Shown one piece after another: positions 18,070-20,000 of a DNA stretch of 20,000 nucleotides. The translations under genes and the position numbers were made by a program. The stretch covers positions 49,466 through 69,465 of the forward strand of contig CAYNHV010000005.1 in the NCBI GenBank assembly GCA_964397315.1. Direction: 5' to 3'. The notes beneath the pieces were generated by a model that saw nothing but the letters and a program-made list of their open reading frames with translations, did not search any database and had not been told where the DNA came from. The first letter of the stretch is position 1. The number at the start of each line of letters is the position of its first letter. The DNA comes from an uncultured Methanosarcinales archaeon (GTDB lineage: Archaea; Nanobdellota; Nanobdellia; Woesearchaeales; UBA12501).

Positions 18070-18141
18070 CTCTGAAATCTTCCTTCGGAATGTCGCACTA
18101 AATTTCCGCCCTTCGGGAAATATAACCTCGTTATGCACAAT
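18070..18141 (+). other. Putative cassette recombination site 1 (hairpin spacer plus core)
   Basis: Hairpins TTCC-TTC-GGAA and CCC-TTC-GGG, then core TATAAC-CTC-GTTATGCACAAT at 18121-18141. Confidence 0.65.
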
Positions 18142-18156
18142 TGAGTTTTTGGCGCT

Positions 18157-18675
18157 TTAGTTCTTTTCAACTATCTTGATAGCCTTACAGTTATACTTAT
18201 CAAAAAGAATTCTTGTTTTAGATGTTCTTTCAGCACATAAAGCAGTTATCCCAATAACTTTTCCACCTTGCTTTTCAATTAACTTAATAGCAGCTTTAAT
18301 TTGTGATCCTGTCTCAATCCACTCATCTACAATTAAAACTTTATCTCCTTTCTTAATTGAATCTTTATTCATCTCAAAGGTTTTCTTTTTATTAGTATAA
18401 TCTACAACTGCTGTCCTAATAACCGTTCCTCTCACGCCCGGAAGTTTATCTCCTTTCCTTATAGGAACAAAACCTTTTTTTAATTTATGAGCCATAGCCC
18501 CGCCAATTATAAATCCTAAAGCATCAATTCCTACAATTACATTGAAATTCTTGAAAGGTTTAATTAAATCATTTATAAGATTAGAGAAAACTTTTGGATT
18601 CTGAAATATAGGTGTAACGTCACATCTCAGCTTTGTTCTCTTATTAACATGTTTATCATAATATTCATACTTCAT
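18157..18675 (-). CDS. apt: Adenine phosphoribosyltransferase-like type I PRTase
   Basis: DVTPIFQNP, IVGIDALGFIIG, FVPIRKGDKLPG and PRPP-binding loop VLIVDEWIETG; TATA box at 18698-18705. Confidence 0.85.
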   Translation of the reverse strand: MKYEYYDKHVNKRTKLRCDVTPIFQNPKVFSNLINDLIKPFKNFNVIVGIDALGFIIGGAMAHKLKKGFVPIRKGDKLPGVRGTVIRTAVVDYTNKKKTFEMNKDSIKKGDKVLIVDEWIETGSQIKAAIKLIEKQGGKVIGITALCAERTSKTRILFDKYNCKAIKIVEKN

Positions 18676-18732
18676 AGAGCAAACAAGAATTCTTTACTAT
18701 ATAAATGTTCTTAGAACACGCCAAAAACTCAA

Positions 18733-18798
18733 CTCATTCGAGCCTTCGGCTCTCGGCCTTCGCTATCGCTCAGGGTATATAACATCGTTAAGTTCAAT
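18733..18798 (+). other. Putative cassette recombination site 2 (hairpin spacer plus core)
   Basis: CTCATTCGA start, hairpin GAGCC-TTC-GGCTC at 18740-18752, core TATAAC-ATC-GTTAAGTTCAAT at 18778-18798. Confidence 0.65.
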
Positions 18799-18830
18799 AA
18801 TTTTTTGAGCTCTCTAATAGAACTCCCGCC

Positions 18831-19337
18831 CTATTTTTTGGGCGCTTTCTCACCAAGATTTTTCAAATCAAGGATATCAACATCTCTCATCAATTTCCGT
18901 TTGTATGCAATGAGTTCTTTTTTTGGAATTATTGGTAGTTCTAAACCGAAGACTTTCTTAATTGTTGGCTTTGATAAACCATCATCAAGCTTCTGCCACT
19001 TTTTTGTTTTTGAATCAAGAAATTTGCATCCTTTATCGCCACCAATTTCAATTGTAATCCCATCTTTTTCTATTTCCATATAGTAGCATTCCCAATTTTC
19101 TGATTTTGAGAAATGTGGTGGCTCTACAATATAATCCTTTACATCAGGCAGAAGCTTTTGAAAGTCTTCGTTTTTCATAGCTAAATCTATATCTACCAAC
19201 ATTCTTTTTGAACCATATGCATACGCCGCTAATCCTCCGAGAATATTGAATCTTATCTTTTTTCGCTTCAATATTTCAACAATCCATTTTAATGTTTTCT
19301 CGTAGGATTTTTGGTCAATCTCTTTAAATTCTTCCAT
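18831..19337 (-). CDS. Pol-beta superfamily nucleotidyltransferase-like protein (168 aa)
   Basis: ILGGLAAYAYGSKRMLVDIDLA (GG...DxD motif), third acidic strand ITIEIG, C-terminal LIAYKRKLMRDVDILDL; TATA-like TTTAATAA at 19363-19370. Confidence 0.75.
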   Translation of the reverse strand: MEEFKEIDQKSYEKTLKWIVEILKRKKIRFNILGGLAAYAYGSKRMLVDIDLAMKNEDFQKLLPDVKDYIVEPPHFSKSENWECYYMEIEKDGITIEIGGDKGCKFLDSKTKKWQKLDDGLSKPTIKKVFGLELPIIPKKELIAYKRKLMRDVDILDLKNLGEKAPKK

Positions 19338-19427
19338 ATGGTTATTAGATTGAAATTGATGTTTATTAAATTAACGAAAGTGCCCTTTTAATTTCCCACC
19401 CTTAAAAATGGCGAGCTCAAAAAATTA

Positions 19428-19515
19428 CTCCTTCGAAAAATCAAAGATTTTTCTCGGGCACGTTGCACTCTCCTCACTTCGTTCGTCGGCGGATTTAACA
19501 GGGGTTATGCACAAT
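19428..19515 (+). other. Putative cassette recombination site 3 (hairpin spacer plus core)
   Basis: CTCCTTCGA start, hairpin GAAAAATC-AAA-GATTTTTC at 19435-19453, core TTTAAC-AGGG-GTTATGCACAAT at 19494-19515. Confidence 0.65.
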
Positions 19516-19551
19516 TTTCAAAAATCCGTCTAAGAATTAAGGGAAGGGTGC

Positions 19552-19929
19552 TTACTTATCTGCTTTGATCTTCATTTTTTTGAATAATTTAATCAAATCA
19601 CTTCCAGTATAGTTCTTGCTGCTTTCTAACTCATTTAATGCTGGTATATTTTCTATAGCTTTTTCATCTGCTTTGTTTGCAAAACCATAATACTCGTGCT
19701 TTGGGTCAACACACTTACTTTTATGTTCACAGCCATGACAAACTGAATCCAAGTCTTTAACATACTTAAATTCCAAAGATGGATCCTCATGAATTTTCCT
19801 AAAAATATCTCTAGTGTGAAGAATGGCTTTGTCAGAATAAAAATCTTCCGGATGACCAGAATCCTTAAAAGCCTTCTTCCTAGCTGCAATATACTCCTTA
19901 TCAGGCAAATTATAAGATTCGGGCGACAT
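19552..19929 (-). CDS. 125-aa hypothetical protein with DxxCxxC...C motif (resembles DUF1284 putative metal-binding proteins)
   Basis: DSVCHGCEHKSKC followed by ADEKAI; AT-rich codon usage like its neighbours. The family call is tentative. Confidence 0.6.
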   Translation of the reverse strand: MSPESYNLPDKEYIAARKKAFKDSGHPEDFYSDKAILHTRDIFRKIHEDPSLEFKYVKDLDSVCHGCEHKSKCVDPKHEYYGFANKADEKAIENIPALNELESSKNYTGSDLIKLFKKMKIKADK

Positions 19930-20000
19930 CTCATGGTAATAGAATATTTGTATTTGTTTAGCTCTTTAGCACAGGTTTGTGCTTAGCATCCTGTGGAGTT

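Noticed and set aside
18064..18793. Canonical attC sites (GCTCAAC...GTTATGC and ACTCAAC...GTTAAGT fit R''/R' spacing)
   Set aside because: No L''/L' boxes or continuous attC stem are visible, site 3 has no RYYYAAC at the equivalent position, and the CTCAA belongs to the cassette-specific arm. Not fully excluded without a covariance-model search.
19653..19986. Alternative ORFs overlapping the 125-aa gene
   Set aside because: The 19552..19929 frame is longer and carries the CxxC motif; the others look like frame shadows.

Overview
Archaeal genomic DNA, most likely DPANN (Woesearchaeota/Pacearchaeota-like; inferred from TATA promoters, leaderless genes, class III signal peptides and an archaeal-type MetRS). 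Left 14 kb: a minus-strand cell-surface cluster containing two copies of a two-gene module (a large class-III-signal-peptide protein followed by a >1000-aa Ig-repeat protein with a shared Cys-rich helical domain), plus a secreted acidic protein and a polytopic membrane protein. Two intergenic multi-hairpin elements lie at 6154-6316 and 14336-14550. metG occupies 15445-17550. Right 2.3 kb: an AT-rich region that looks like a gene-cassette array. A dif-like core T(A/T)TAAC-N3-4-GTTA(T/A)GnnCAAT recurs three times in direct orientation, each preceded by a hairpin-rich spacer. Each complete gene between cores is bracketed by its own perfect 14-15 bp inverted repeat starting at the last base of the core. 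This integron-like but non-canonical architecture is the best candidate for an undescribed system; no recombinase is present in the window.
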